NCBI GenBank assembly: GCA_018241045.1
Contig: JAFEEP010000119.1
Span: 1,277-65,276 of the forward strand
DNA from: Pseudomonadota bacterium
GTDB taxonomy: Bacteria; Pseudomonadota; Alphaproteobacteria; Sphingomonadales; Sphingomonadaceae
Direction: 5' to 3'
DNA length: 64,000 nucleotides
The translations under genes and the position numbers were made by a program. The first letter of the stretch is position 1. Each line of letters opens with the position of its first letter. This document shows, piece by piece, positions 10,221-20,227 of this stretch. Below the pieces are notes generated by a model. It was given only the letters and a program-made list of their open reading frames with translations. It was not told where the DNA came from and ran no database searches.

Positions 10221-10250
10221 TGCGTAGAAAAATGTGTATATGGCAGCGCA
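10221..10250. promoter_or_regulatory. Island operator box TGCGTA-N18-AGCGCA
   Basis: 48 nt upstream of the flavin reductase start. Confidence 0.55.
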
Positions 10251-10298
10251 AATAGCAAATCTTGGCCAGAATCGCTGGCGATAGAAGGGGAGTTTTAC

Positions 10299-10805
10299 GT
10301 GACCGAATTATCGTCCGCGCCGCTCGATGCCCGGTTGAAGCGCGTGTTGCGCCTCATGCCGGCCCCGGTCGGCATCGTCACCAGTTTCGACCCAGCGGAC
10401 GGACAGCCAGTCGGCCTCGCCATGTCCGCAATGATGCCGGTGTGCCTCGATCCGCCTGCGATGGCGATCTGCGTCAACCGCCAGGGCAGTGCGCATGACG
10501 CGATGATCCGCGCCGGGCGCTTCTGCATCAACCTGCTGCACGCCGGGCAGGATCTGCATGTCACGCCGTTTGCCGATCCGGTCGCACGTGAAACCCGCTT
10601 TACCCAGGGCGACTGGAAGCAGCACGGCTCGGTCTGGTTCATCGACGGTGCGCCGGCCAACATCTTCTGCACGATCCGCGAACGGGTTCCGTTCGGCACG
10701 CACGACCTGTTGGTGGGCGAGGTCGACGATCTGACCGCATCGGGCGGCGACGAGATTGTCGGTTGGGCCAACGGTGCGCTGTGCCGGCCCGCGCCGCTGT
10801 GCTGA
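10299..10805 (+). CDS. Flavin reductase family protein (HpaC/HsaB-like)
   Basis: PVGIVT, S...V..DPP, FCINLL, GTHDLLVGEV; GTG start with SD GGGGAG. Confidence 0.85.
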   Translation: MTELSSAPLDARLKRVLRLMPAPVGIVTSFDPADGQPVGLAMSAMMPVCLDPPAMAICVNRQGSAHDAMIRAGRFCINLLHAGQDLHVTPFADPVARETRFTQGDWKQHGSVWFIDGAPANIFCTIRERVPFGTHDLLVGEVDDLTASGGDEIVGWANGALCRPAPLC

Positions 10806-10820
10806 CAGAAGGATTTTGGC

Positions 10821-11453
10821 ATGACCGATGATACGTCACTGCTGGCCCGGATCGACCGACTGGAATCGCTCGATGCCATACGCCAGTTGCCAGCCAAGTA
10901 TTCGCTTGCGCTCGATATGCGCGATGGCGACGCCTGGGTGAACCTGTTTCCCGAGGACGTGCGGGTCGGCGGCGGCAAGCAGGGGCGCAAGGCGCTGCGC
11001 GACTGGTTCGACGAAACCCATTCGATGCAATTCGACGGCACCAGCCACCATATCGGCGGACACGTTATCGATTTTGACGATCCCGACCATGCCCAGGGCG
11101 TGGTCTATTCAAAGAACGAGCACGAGTGCGGCGCGGATTGGGTCATCATGCAGATGATGTATTTCGACCAGTACGAACGCATCGATGGGCGCTGGTACTT
11201 TCGCCGCCGGTTGCCGCTGTACTGGTACGCCAGCGATCTCAACAAACCGCCGGTGGGCGATCGCAAGATGCGCTGGCCCGGGGTGCCGCCCTATCACGGC
11301 AGCTTCCATGACCTGTTCCCAAGCTGGAACAGCTATTGGGCGCGCCAGGGGCAGCCGCATGACGGGCCGGTGGAGCCGCCTGCGCCGCTGGAAAAGTTCA
11401 TCGAAACGATGCGCCGTGGCGCGCCGCTGCCCAAGCCCCGCGTGCGGAGCTGA
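10821..11453 (+). CDS. NTF2/SnoaL-like protein (candidate hydroxysteroid dehydratase)
   Basis: LESLDAIRQLPAKYSLALD ... YFDQYERIDGRWYF. Confidence 0.85.
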   Translation: MTDDTSLLARIDRLESLDAIRQLPAKYSLALDMRDGDAWVNLFPEDVRVGGGKQGRKALRDWFDETHSMQFDGTSHHIGGHVIDFDDPDHAQGVVYSKNEHECGADWVIMQMMYFDQYERIDGRWYFRRRLPLYWYASDLNKPPVGDRKMRWPGVPPYHGSFHDLFPSWNSYWARQGQPHDGPVEPPAPLEKFIETMRRGAPLPKPRVRS

Positions 11454-11458
11454 GCGCG

Positions 11459-12538
11459 ATGACCGACATCTTTTCGCCGGCTCGACTGGGGGAGCTTGCT
11501 CTGGCCAATCGGGTGGTCATGGCGCCGATGACGCGCGATCGCGCCGGGCCGCAGGATGAACCGACCGAGGCAATGGTCGAATACTATCGCCAGCGCGCCG
11601 GCGCAGGGCTGATCATAACCGAGGGGACCCAGCCAAGCCCTGCGGGCAAGGGATACTGGCGCACACCGGGCATCCATGAACCGGTGCAGGTGGAAGGCTG
11701 GCGCAAGGTCGCCGAGGCCGTTCACGGCAAGGGCGGGCGCATCGTGATGCAACTGATGCATGTTGGCCGGGCGAGCGTGCGCGCCAACAAGGCGGCCACC
11801 GCCGAAACGGTGGCGCCAAGCGCCATTCCTTGCCCCGATCCGATTCCCGGCCCCGATGGCGTGCCGGTGCCGACCGAGATGCCGCGCGCGTTGGAGGCGG
11901 GGGAGATCCCCGAGGTGATCGCGCAATACGTGGAAGCGGCGCGCAATGCCCGCGAAGCCGGGATCGACGGGGTGGAACTGCACTGCGCGAGCGGATACCT
12001 GCCGATGCAGTTCCTCTCGTCCAACTCCAACCAGCGCTGCGATGCCTATGGCGGCTCTGCGGAAAACCGCGTGCGTTTCGTGGTCGAGACACTGTCGGCA
12101 CTGGCGCGAGCGATCGGGCCGGGGCGCGTGGGCTATCGCATTTGTCCCGGGGTGACCTTCAACGGGATGGCCGATGCCGACCCGGCAGAGACCTATGCCA
12201 CGTTGCTGCGTGGACTCGACGAACTTGGACTCGCCTATTGCCACCTGATCCATATTCCCAATGCCGGATTTGATTCGCTGGATCTGGTGCGGGCGAATTG
12301 GTCGGGGCCGGTAATCGAGAACTGCGGGCTGACTCTGGAACGCGCGCAGGTGGTTCTGGCCGAGGGCAAGGCCGATGCGGTTTCGTTCGGGCTTCCGTTC
12401 ATCGGCAACCCCGATCTTGTCGAGCGGTTCCGCAAGGGCGTGGCGCTGGCCAAGGCGGATCGCGGCACGTTCTACACCGGACATGGCGACGATGCCCGCG
12501 GCTATACGGACTATCCCCGGATGGAGGATTGCAAGTGA
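11459..12538 (+). CDS. Old Yellow Enzyme alkene reductase (NemA-like)
   Basis: NRVVMAPMTR, YYRQRA, QLMHVGR, GVELHCASGYL, NPDLVER, GYTDYP. Confidence 0.92.
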   Translation: MTDIFSPARLGELALANRVVMAPMTRDRAGPQDEPTEAMVEYYRQRAGAGLIITEGTQPSPAGKGYWRTPGIHEPVQVEGWRKVAEAVHGKGGRIVMQLMHVGRASVRANKAATAETVAPSAIPCPDPIPGPDGVPVPTEMPRALEAGEIPEVIAQYVEAARNAREAGIDGVELHCASGYLPMQFLSSNSNQRCDAYGGSAENRVRFVVETLSALARAIGPGRVGYRICPGVTFNGMADADPAETYATLLRGLDELGLAYCHLIHIPNAGFDSLDLVRANWSGPVIENCGLTLERAQVVLAEGKADAVSFGLPFIGNPDLVERFRKGVALAKADRGTFYTGHGDDARGYTDYPRMEDCK

Positions 12539-13341
12539 TGGAGATGCGCCTGGACGGCAAGCGCGCGGTCGTGACTGGCGGCGCACAGGGGATCGGCGCG
12601 GCGATAGCGCGGCGGCTGGCTGCGGAGGGCGCGACCGTCGCGATACTCGACCTTGCTGGCGACAAAGCCGAAGCGGTGCTGGGCGCGCCGCATATCGGCG
12701 TGGCCTGCGACGTATCCTGCAGCGAATCGGTGGACGCAGCCTTTGCCGAAGTGGCGCGCAGGCTCGGCGGCGTGGACGTGCTGGTGAACAACGCCGGCAT
12801 AGGAAGCGCCCCGGATGACGGGATGTCCGAATACTATGCCGGGCAAGCCGCGCAGGCAGCGGGTGACAAGAGCGCCCATGCCGACCAGACAATCCATTGC
12901 ACCGATCAGGGGTGGTCGCGCGTGCTGGCCGTCACACTGGACGGGACGTTCCGGTGCAGCCGCGCAGCGGTGCGGATCATGGCAGCGCAAGGCGGCGGGG
13001 GTTCGATCGTCAACATCGGCTCGACCGCCGCGCTCGCCGGCAACGGACCAGTGCCCTATGTCACCGCCAAGGCCGCAGTGCTGGGCCTGACGCGGGCCAT
13101 GGCGCGCGAGCTGGCCCCGCGCGGCATCCGCGTCAACGCGGTCAATCCCGGCGCGACCGAGACGCCGATCTACGCGCCGCTGCCGCAGGAGGTAAAGGAT
13201 GCAGTGGCGGCAGACAGCCTGCTGAAGCGACTGGCGAGCCCCGACGAAGTGGCTGGTGCGGTCGCGTTCCTCGCCGGGACGGACGCCAGCTTCGCGACAG
13301 GCAGCACGGTTAACGTGAACGGCGGCGCCTGGTTCTCCTGA
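12538..13341 (+). CDS. SDR family oxidoreductase
   Basis: TGGAQGIG, NNAG followed by an insertion of about 25 aa, YVTAK. Confidence 0.9.
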   Translation: MEMRLDGKRAVVTGGAQGIGAAIARRLAAEGATVAILDLAGDKAEAVLGAPHIGVACDVSCSESVDAAFAEVARRLGGVDVLVNNAGIGSAPDDGMSEYYAGQAAQAAGDKSAHADQTIHCTDQGWSRVLAVTLDGTFRCSRAAVRIMAAQGGGGSIVNIGSTAALAGNGPVPYVTAKAAVLGLTRAMARELAPRGIRVNAVNPGATETPIYAPLPQEVKDAVAADSLLKRLASPDEVAGAVAFLAGTDASFATGSTVNVNGGAWFS

Positions 13342-13379
13342 CGCGACCTAATCCCGACAATCTACCGACATTTCAGTAG

Positions 13380-13420
13380 TGCCCCGACCGAATCCGTGCG
13401 GTATCTGTCGGGGCATTTTT
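13380..13420 (+). terminator. Intrinsic terminator
   Basis: TGCCCCGAC...GTCGGGGCA stem followed by TTTTT. Confidence 0.7.
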
Positions 13421-13481
13421 GCGCCATTATGGCATCCCATTTCCCTCTATACGAACGGTAAATGCATCATAAAGGCACGTT

Positions 13482-13511
13482 TGCGTATTTGCGGTTGCTA
13501 AAACTTACGCA
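13482..13511. promoter_or_regulatory. Island operator box TGCGTA-N18-TACGCA (perfect; extends to TTTGCGTA/TACGCAAA)
   Basis: 42 nt upstream of TonB receptor 1 start. Confidence 0.7.
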
Positions 13512-13553
13512 AATGATATTCGAGGTGAACAACAAACAGTTGGGGGAGTCGAA

Positions 13554-16160
13554 ATGAAGAGCCAGTCCTGTGCCCGCGCGCCCATGCAGTTGATGATCGG
13601 CGCCAGCCTGTTGGGCCTGTCCGTTCCTGCCTTTGCCAATGAGGCCGAAAAGCCCGCTGACAACGACGGCGCCAAGCTGGAAGAAATCGTGGTTACCGCG
13701 CAGAAGCGCGAGCAGAACCTGCAGGTCGTACCGGTCGCCATCACCGCCATCAGCGCGGACAAGGTGGAGCAACTCGGCATCAAGGATGCCCATGATCTCT
13801 CTGCCATGGCTCCGAACGTGACCGTCATGCAGGGCACCACCAACGCCAATGCCGCGGTGATCTCCATTCGCGGCATTCCGACTCCGGCCAGCGAGACCTT
13901 CGGCCTCGACACCGCCAACGCGCTGTATATCGACGGGGTCTACATCGCCCGCTCTGGCGGCAGTGCCCTCGACGTGATCGACGTGGAGCGGGTCGAAGTG
14001 CTGCGCGGCCCGCAGGGCACCCTGTTTGGCCGCAACACCACCGGCGGCGGCATCGCCTTCATCTCGCGCGCGCCGTCCAAGACCTTCAAGCTCAAGGCCG
14101 AGGCCGGCTATGGCAACTACGATGCGTTCAACGGCAAGATCACGGTCGATCCCGGCCAGATCCTCGGCGTATCGTCGAGCTTCACCTACAGCCACCGTGA
14201 GCGTCACGGCGTGGTCGACAATCTCAACGAGCCCGACAACGCCAAAGACCCCGGAGCGCGCAAGAGCGACAGCGTGCGCGCCGCATTGAAGGCGGACATC
14301 GGCACATCCGGGTCGATTCAGTACATCTTCGACTGGAACCGTACCAACGCTTCACCGATCAATTTCCAGCTGACCAACGTTTCCGATGGCACGTTTCGCG
14401 CGCCCATCGTCGTCGATGGAACGCCTCTGGTCGTATCCCAGCAAGCGCCGGTTCAGCAGTATCTGACCGGGGTGACGTTCGCCGACCCGCGTTGCGCCGC
14501 GCTGGCTGCGCCGACCAGGCAGTGGCGCAACACGGTCTGCAACGACATCAACAGTCGCTCGCTGGACGAAACCTGGGGACACAACCTCCAGATCCAGAAC
14601 GATTTCGGCCCGCTCAAGGTGAAATACACTGCCGGCTGGCGGATCTGGCACAACGACAGCGTGACCGACCTCGACGGCATGGGCGCCTTCACCGGGCGGC
14701 AGTTCACCAAGACATCGCTGTTCAACGGCTTCCCTTCGGCGCTGTTGCAGAACCTTGGCCTGCCCGCGGCGACGGCGGGCTTCCTGTCGACGCTTTCGGT
14801 GCCGACGGTGCAGCAGAACCTGTTCGACACCAACAACAAGCGTCGGCACCAGCAGTTCAGCCAGGAACTGGAATTTTCGGGCCAGACCTCGAACCTCGAC
14901 TGGGTGCTGGGGGGCTTCTACTTCTGGGAGAAGGGTTCCGAATACAACCCGCAGAACAGTGGCTTTGTGCTCGATACCAATTCTGCAGTGTTTGGTGACC
15001 AGGCCTTTGTCGGCGTGTTGCAGGGGCTCGGCTTCCCTGCAGCGCAGGCCGCGATTTTTGCGCCGCTTCTCGCCCCATCATTCCGCGCCACGAACCCGGC
15101 GCAATACCGTCTGGTGCAGACGCTGTCGGTGCTGAACTATACTGCCAGCGCGGAAAGCACCGCAATTTATGGGCAAGCGACCTACTATCCCGGCGGGCGC
15201 GACAGCGGTCTGCGGCTGACCGCTGGCGGTCGCTACACCTGGGACAGCAAGGCGATGACGCGCGCTCAGAACGGTGCGGCGCCGCTCGCCGTACCCGAGG
15301 CAGGCTCGGCGAAGTATCGCAAGTTCACCTGGAACCTGATGGCGGGCTACGATGTGGCAGAGGGCGTGAATGTTTACGGCCGCATCGCCACCGGCTATCG
15401 CTCGGGCGGGTTCAACGCGCAGGATCCGTCCGTCAACGGTGTGCTGCCCTCGTTCCGCCCGGAAAGCCTGACGTCCTACGAAGTGGGCTTGAAGTCTGAG
15501 CTGTTCAATCGCCGGGTGCGTTTCAACCTTGCCGGCTTCTATAACGAATACAAGGATCTGGCGCTGACTGTGCCGATCACCAATGCGGCGCCCGGCACCT
15601 TTGCCACGCGCGTCACCAACGCCGGCAAGGTGACCTACACCGGTATCGAGGCGGAACTGACGGCCGTGCTGACCGACAATTTCACCTTCGAAGGCAACCT
15701 CGGTTACGTCGATGTGAAATTCAAGGAGTTCCTGGCCGGGCTGCCCGCCTCGGGCGCGGCCACCATTGTCAACATCGCCTCGATCGCAAAGGCCAGCTAC
15801 ACTTCGCCCCTTACCGCAAGTGTGGCGCTCAACGCGCAGTTCCCCATCGGCGACAAGGGGATGCGGGCGGTCGGCCGGGTGAGCTATACCTACGAGGACG
15901 GCAAGTACAGCTTCCCCAACAGCCTGTCGGCGCCGTACAATGACATCCTGAGGGGCGACAACCGCAACATCGTTGACGCCCAGATCGGGCTGGACCGCAT
16001 TCCGCTCGGCACTGGTGAAGCTTTCGCCCGGCTCTGGGTCAAGAACCTCACCAATCGGCACGATCTTGTCCGCGCGATCGATTTTGGCGCGCTGGGTTTT
16101 GGCGGCGGCTTCTACGCTGATCCCCGCACCTGGGGCGGGACGGTCGGTGTGAAGTTCTGA
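13554..16160 (+). CDS. TonB-dependent receptor 1
   Basis: Signal peptide, TonB box EEIVVTAQKR, plug motif RVEVLRGPQGTLFGRN, C-terminal GVKF. Confidence 0.95.
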   Translation: MKSQSCARAPMQLMIGASLLGLSVPAFANEAEKPADNDGAKLEEIVVTAQKREQNLQVVPVAITAISADKVEQLGIKDAHDLSAMAPNVTVMQGTTNANAAVISIRGIPTPASETFGLDTANALYIDGVYIARSGGSALDVIDVERVEVLRGPQGTLFGRNTTGGGIAFISRAPSKTFKLKAEAGYGNYDAFNGKITVDPGQILGVSSSFTYSHRERHGVVDNLNEPDNAKDPGARKSDSVRAALKADIGTSGSIQYIFDWNRTNASPINFQLTNVSDGTFRAPIVVDGTPLVVSQQAPVQQYLTGVTFADPRCAALAAPTRQWRNTVCNDINSRSLDETWGHNLQIQNDFGPLKVKYTAGWRIWHNDSVTDLDGMGAFTGRQFTKTSLFNGFPSALLQNLGLPAATAGFLSTLSVPTVQQNLFDTNNKRRHQQFSQELEFSGQTSNLDWVLGGFYFWEKGSEYNPQNSGFVLDTNSAVFGDQAFVGVLQGLGFPAAQAAIFAPLLAPSFRATNPAQYRLVQTLSVLNYTASAESTAIYGQATYYPGGRDSGLRLTAGGRYTWDSKAMTRAQNGAAPLAVPEAGSAKYRKFTWNLMAGYDVAEGVNVYGRIATGYRSGGFNAQDPSVNGVLPSFRPESLTSYEVGLKSELFNRRVRFNLAGFYNEYKDLALTVPITNAAPGTFATRVTNAGKVTYTGIEAELTAVLTDNFTFEGNLGYVDVKFKEFLAGLPASGAATIVNIASIAKASYTSPLTASVALNAQFPIGDKGMRAVGRVSYTYEDGKYSFPNSLSAPYNDILRGDNRNIVDAQIGLDRIPLGTGEAFARLWVKNLTNRHDLVRAIDFGALGFGGGFYADPRTWGGTVGVKF

Positions 16161-16201
16161 TCCGCATGATCGCGCGGCCGCGCCGCGCGTTTCGTAAAAT
16201 G

Positions 16202-16234
16202 GGGCGGCGGTCTGGTGACTGCCGCCCTTTTTTT
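16202..16234 (+). terminator. Intrinsic terminator
   Basis: GGGCGGCGGTC-TGGT-GACTGCCGCCC followed by T7. Confidence 0.85.
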
Positions 16235-16245
16235 GCCTTTGGTGC

Positions 16246-16995
16246 TCAGCCCGCGACGGTGAATCCGCCGTCGACAGCCAGCGTCTGGCCGGTAATCCAG
16301 CTGGCGGCGGGACTGGCAAGGAACAGGATCGCCTGTGCGATATCGTCCGGTTCGCCCAGTCGGCCTAGCGGTGTGCGCGCAAGCGTGGGCGCGGTCCAGG
16401 CGTCCTGCGCGAAAGTGCCCGCGGTCATGCCGCTGCGGGTGAGGCCGGCCGCCACGGCATTGGCGCGCACGCCGCGTGATCCCCAGTGCGCCGCCATCGT
16501 GCGGGTGAGGCCGACGAGGCCGGTCTTGGCCGCACCGTAGCCGGGTACCACCGGAATGCCGAAAAAGCTGCTCATCGAGGCGATGCCGATCACCGAACCG
16601 CCCCCCGGAACAACGCTTTGTGCCAAAAGGTCGACAGTTCTCCGGGCCATGCGGAACGCGCCGTTGAGCAACATGGCGACCGAGCGGTCGAAGACGTCGG
16701 GCTCCCACTCATCCAGCCCCAGCGAGGGCAGGGCTATCCCGGCATTGTTGACCAGAACGTCAAGCCTGGGCAGCGATGCCGCGATCGCATCGATCTGGTC
16801 CGGTCGTTCGACGTCGAGTTGGAGGTAGCGGTACCCGGAAAGGTCGACGTCGTATTCAGTCGCGCTGGCGCGGGTGCCGGTAATCGTCACTTCCGCGCCG
16901 GCTTCGCGAAAGCGCGCAGCGGTGGCGGCGCCGATGCCGCTGGTGCCCCCGGTGACGAGGATCTGCGCCCCGGAGAAATCGTGCCGTGGTCCCAT
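16246..16995 (-). CDS. SDR family oxidoreductase
   Basis: TGGTSGIG, NNAG, YGAAK. Confidence 0.9.
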   Translation of the reverse strand: MGPRHDFSGAQILVTGGTSGIGAATAARFREAGAEVTITGTRASATEYDVDLSGYRYLQLDVERPDQIDAIAASLPRLDVLVNNAGIALPSLGLDEWEPDVFDRSVAMLLNGAFRMARRTVDLLAQSVVPGGGSVIGIASMSSFFGIPVVPGYGAAKTGLVGLTRTMAAHWGSRGVRANAVAAGLTRSGMTAGTFAQDAWTAPTLARTPLGRLGEPDDIAQAILFLASPAASWITGQTLAVDGGFTVAG

Positions 16996-16999
16996 CGTG

Positions 17000-18121
17000 T
17001 CAGATCCTTTCCACTTCGATCCAGGCGGTTTCGGCTGCGGAGCGGCGGCAGGCGTCGAGAATGGCCTGATTGGCGGCAGCATCGCGGAAATCGCCCGTCG
17101 CATCAGGCAGCGGCGGCGCGATGCCGAGGATGCGGGCCTTCACCTGCGTGAACAGTTTTGCATAGGGCGCAACGTCAAAGCCCTGGCTGTGCCAGCGGTC
17201 CATCTCGGTCTGCACCAGATCGCTGATGGGGAATGGCTGGGGTGCCGGGTTGGTGAGTTCGGCGGGCATGGCCACCTGCCGCATACCCGCCGAATCCTGC
17301 ACCCAGACCTGCTCGGGATCACCGAAGGCCGCGCCCGATTGAATCCATGCCGCACCATTTGCACCCGCGACCTTGGTCGACATGACGAAGGGACCAGGAA
17401 AGCAGAGGGCGGCTTCGAGTACGCCCATGCACCCCCCGGTCGTGCGGAACTGCACGTTGTAATAATCGTCCGAAGTTTGGGTTGGGCGACCCGTAGCGAG
17501 TTTGCGCAGAACGCAGCTGACTGCGGCGACCTCGCCCACCGTGACGCGGGCCTGATCGATCATGTGCGTGCCGAAAGCGCCAAGAAAGCCTCCCCCTTGC
17601 GCGGCGTCGAGCCACCAGTCAGCGAGCGGTTCGGCCTGATCGCCGCCAGGTTGCTGGTAGATGCGGTGAAACATCAGCGGTCGGCCGATCGCTCCTGACC
17701 GAACAACGCGGGCGAGCAGGGCCTGTGCGCTGTCGAAGCGGAATTCGGCGCCGAGTGCGTGAACGACTTCGGCTTCCTCAGCGGCGGCGAGCATCTCGCG
17801 CGCTTGCGCAAGATCGCGGGCGAAGGGCTTCTCGCAGACTACGGCGCGGCCTGCTGCGATGGCCTGCATCACGGGCGTGATATGCGCGTGCGGCGGGGTG
17901 GCGACAGTGACGAGACGGATTGCCGGATCGTTGGCCAGAACGCTGGGCAGGTCGTTGGCGGCCAGCGGGATGCCGAGCGGCGCGGCGCGGGTGCGCGTCT
18001 TTTCAAGATCGCGACCGATGATCGCACGGACATCGAACCCGGCATCGCGCAGTGCGCGAACGTGAGTGAACAGGCCGAAGCCGGTGCCGACAACGGCTGC
18101 GCCGATGGTTTCGCTGGTCAT
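17000..18121 (-). CDS. Gfo/Idh/MocA family oxidoreductase
   Basis: GTGFG, VATPPHAH, CEKP, GGGFLGAFGTHMID. Confidence 0.9.
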   Translation of the reverse strand: MTSETIGAAVVGTGFGLFTHVRALRDAGFDVRAIIGRDLEKTRTRAAPLGIPLAANDLPSVLANDPAIRLVTVATPPHAHITPVMQAIAAGRAVVCEKPFARDLAQAREMLAAAEEAEVVHALGAEFRFDSAQALLARVVRSGAIGRPLMFHRIYQQPGGDQAEPLADWWLDAAQGGGFLGAFGTHMIDQARVTVGEVAAVSCVLRKLATGRPTQTSDDYYNVQFRTTGGCMGVLEAALCFPGPFVMSTKVAGANGAAWIQSGAAFGDPEQVWVQDSAGMRQVAMPAELTNPAPQPFPISDLVQTEMDRWHSQGFDVAPYAKLFTQVKARILGIAPPLPDATGDFRDAAANQAILDACRRSAAETAWIEVERI

Positions 18122-18984
18122 GATGTTCCTCTTGCCTTGGCGAGCAGGGCGCGCGTCGCGTCGGCCCAATCGCGCGCCAGTTCCGGCAGCGGCTGGGTAT
18201 CCTGCCTGGTGTGAAAGACTTCGATCGCAATCGGTACGGCGGCGCCGATACGATCGAGCGTCTGGACGAGGCCGACGACGTCGAGGTCGCCTTCGCCGGG
18301 TAGCAGCCGCGCGGTCATCAACTCGTGCCACAGGTCGGGTTGGGGTGCGGCGGGGGCATCGCACAACTGGACCGAGTGGATGCGGCTTCCGGGAATCTCG
18401 CCCAGTTCGTCGAGCGTCGCGCCGCTCCGGAAGAAGTGCCAGGCATCGATGGTAAGGCCGCCATTCTCGCGTCCCGCGTCCCGCACGATCTGCCATGCCT
18501 GCGCGAGCGAACGGATGCCACCGACCGGAAGCCATTCGATCTGCGCCTTGAGTCCATGGTCCGCAGCAAGATCGCAAAGCGCGGCAAACCCGGCTGTGGC
18601 TTCCTCGACCGGGGTGGGGCTTTCCGAGAGGTCGATCGCGGTGACCGATTGCGCACCGATCCGCGAAGCCGTCTCCACCACGCGTGCGGGGGTCAGGCGG
18701 CGCAGGAAGTCGGTCAGGCCAGCGATCTGATCCACGCGGCCTTGTCGGTCGTGCCAGCACCCGACGCAGTCGATCTCGGTAACGACCAGGCCGGCATCGG
18801 CGATGCGTGCGGCAATGTCGCGGTCGGGCATTCCCTGCTCCTCAAGCCGCCAGATGTCGCCCGGTTGAAGCGAGATTCCGCGAAATCCGGCGTCGGCCAG
18901 CGGGGCGAGGCGATCGAGCAAGGGCGTGCGCACTACTGGGGAGGAGCAGAACACCAGGTCGGCAGGGGTAAGGGGCGTGTTCAT
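18118..18984 (-). CDS. Sugar-phosphate isomerase/epimerase-like TIM-barrel metalloenzyme (AP endonuclease 2 fold)
   Basis: Metal-ligand pattern IEW, IDAWH, VQLCD, RLLPGEGD, IEVF. Confidence 0.85.
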   Translation of the reverse strand: MNTPLTPADLVFCSSPVVRTPLLDRLAPLADAGFRGISLQPGDIWRLEEQGMPDRDIAARIADAGLVVTEIDCVGCWHDRQGRVDQIAGLTDFLRRLTPARVVETASRIGAQSVTAIDLSESPTPVEEATAGFAALCDLAADHGLKAQIEWLPVGGIRSLAQAWQIVRDAGRENGGLTIDAWHFFRSGATLDELGEIPGSRIHSVQLCDAPAAPQPDLWHELMTARLLPGEGDLDVVGLVQTLDRIGAAVPIAIEVFHTRQDTQPLPELARDWADATRALLAKARGTS

Positions 18985-18989
18985 CGCGA

Positions 18990-20225
18990 TCAGTCCACGA
19001 ACTGGCCGGTTTCAACGACCGTCGTCGGATCGAGTGCGGCGAGACCCCGGGCCTCGAGTTCGGCGAGCGGCAAACGCCACAAGCGGACCGGGGCGGTAGC
19101 CTGGGTCTGTACGAAGCGCAGCCCCCAGATGCCGCGTTCGTGACCATAGGAATTGAGCCAGTTGCCGGACAGGCCGGGATCATGTTCGGCAATGATCACG
19201 CGCACGGTGCCGTCGGCTTCGGCCGTGTGACGGGTGTTGTTGATCCAGCCGTTTCCGTCCTCGAACGTGTCGAGGTTTTCCTGCCAGACATTGCAGAGCT
19301 GGAAGTTCCAGTATTCGCAAGGCGGCGGAACGAATTCGAGCACCAGCGCTTCGTCCGTCGCCTTTTCCCAGCCGCCGAAGGCGACGTGGCGATCGGGGAC
19401 GCCGCCATTCGAGAGGTACTGTGCGCGGCTGTAGTCAAGCCGGTTGAGCTGTGCGGCGAAGTTGCCCTGGCCACCCTGCCACCAGTTGCGCACAAGTTCG
19501 GCGTAGCCAAGTACGGCCTGCGCCGTCCACGCCAGACCATTGGCGATCAGCGCCGGGGTGACGGGTTCGGGCGCAGCCGCGTCCAGTCGCGCTATGGTCA
19601 TCGCGGGTGCCTCCTCGCGAGTCCGGTCGCTCCAGACCAGGCGGATCAGGATGCAGTTGGTTTCCGGGGTAAGGCGCAGCCAGTTGTGTCCAGGCCCGGG
19701 ATCGGATTGAGCGAGTATCACCTCGAAGCTGCCGTCCGGAGCGACCTGCATCTGGCCCGAATGGAGGAAGCCGGTGGTCTTGAGGTTCGAGGGATCGAAG
19801 CGGGTGAGGCCGCCCAGACCCTGCGGCGCCCAGTCTTCGGCGCCCGGCGTGGCCGGGGCGGGGCAAGTGCACAGGGCCATGACGAAATAGGGAATCGTGC
19901 CCCGCGTACCGGTGATGCGATAGTCCCGCGCGGTGTCGAACTGGCACATCAGGTGATCCTGATCGACCGTCTGCACGTTGATCGACTGGCGCCAGACCAT
20001 GTCGCGCAGCCGCGGGCGGGTCGGTTCGGCGTTTTCGATCAGGCGCTCCATGCTGGAGCGGGTAAGCCGCGTCATGAAGCGATACCATTCTGCCCGGTCG
20101 AGATCGGAAAGCGGGCCATCGATGGCGGCGATGTGGCGGCCGGCCAGCTTGAGCGTGTCGCAGAAATCGTCCCACGCTTGTCCCGAGACAAGGCGCTGGC
20201 TGGCGATATCGGGTGCAGCGGACAT
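18990..20225 (-). CDS. DUF1214-like protein
   Basis: AWDDFCDTLK..G, YRITGTRG, PDGSFEVIL, YWNFQLCNVWQE, DPG..NWL; paralog of 54528-55613. Confidence 0.7.
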   Translation of the reverse strand: MSAAPDIASQRLVSGQAWDDFCDTLKLAGRHIAAIDGPLSDLDRAEWYRFMTRLTRSSMERLIENAEPTRPRLRDMVWRQSINVQTVDQDHLMCQFDTARDYRITGTRGTIPYFVMALCTCPAPATPGAEDWAPQGLGGLTRFDPSNLKTTGFLHSGQMQVAPDGSFEVILAQSDPGPGHNWLRLTPETNCILIRLVWSDRTREEAPAMTIARLDAAAPEPVTPALIANGLAWTAQAVLGYAELVRNWWQGGQGNFAAQLNRLDYSRAQYLSNGGVPDRHVAFGGWEKATDEALVLEFVPPPCEYWNFQLCNVWQENLDTFEDGNGWINNTRHTAEADGTVRVIIAEHDPGLSGNWLNSYGHERGIWGLRFVQTQATAPVRLWRLPLAELEARGLAALDPTTVVETGQFVD

Positions 20226-20227
20226 GG

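Noticed and set aside
10007-10298. Low-GC 290-bp gap as a possible sRNA, small ORF or foreign insert
   Set aside because: Explained as a divergent promoter region with two operator boxes; no terminator or convincing ORF
13350-13390. Short CCGAC(A) direct repeats
   Set aside because: Only 5-6 bp with irregular spacing, partly within the terminator stem; not CRISPR or iteron-like
17000-18760. 586-aa extended Gfo/Idh/MocA ORF
   Set aside because: The N-terminal 213 aa are an off-frame overlap with the TIM-barrel gene; the real start is 18121
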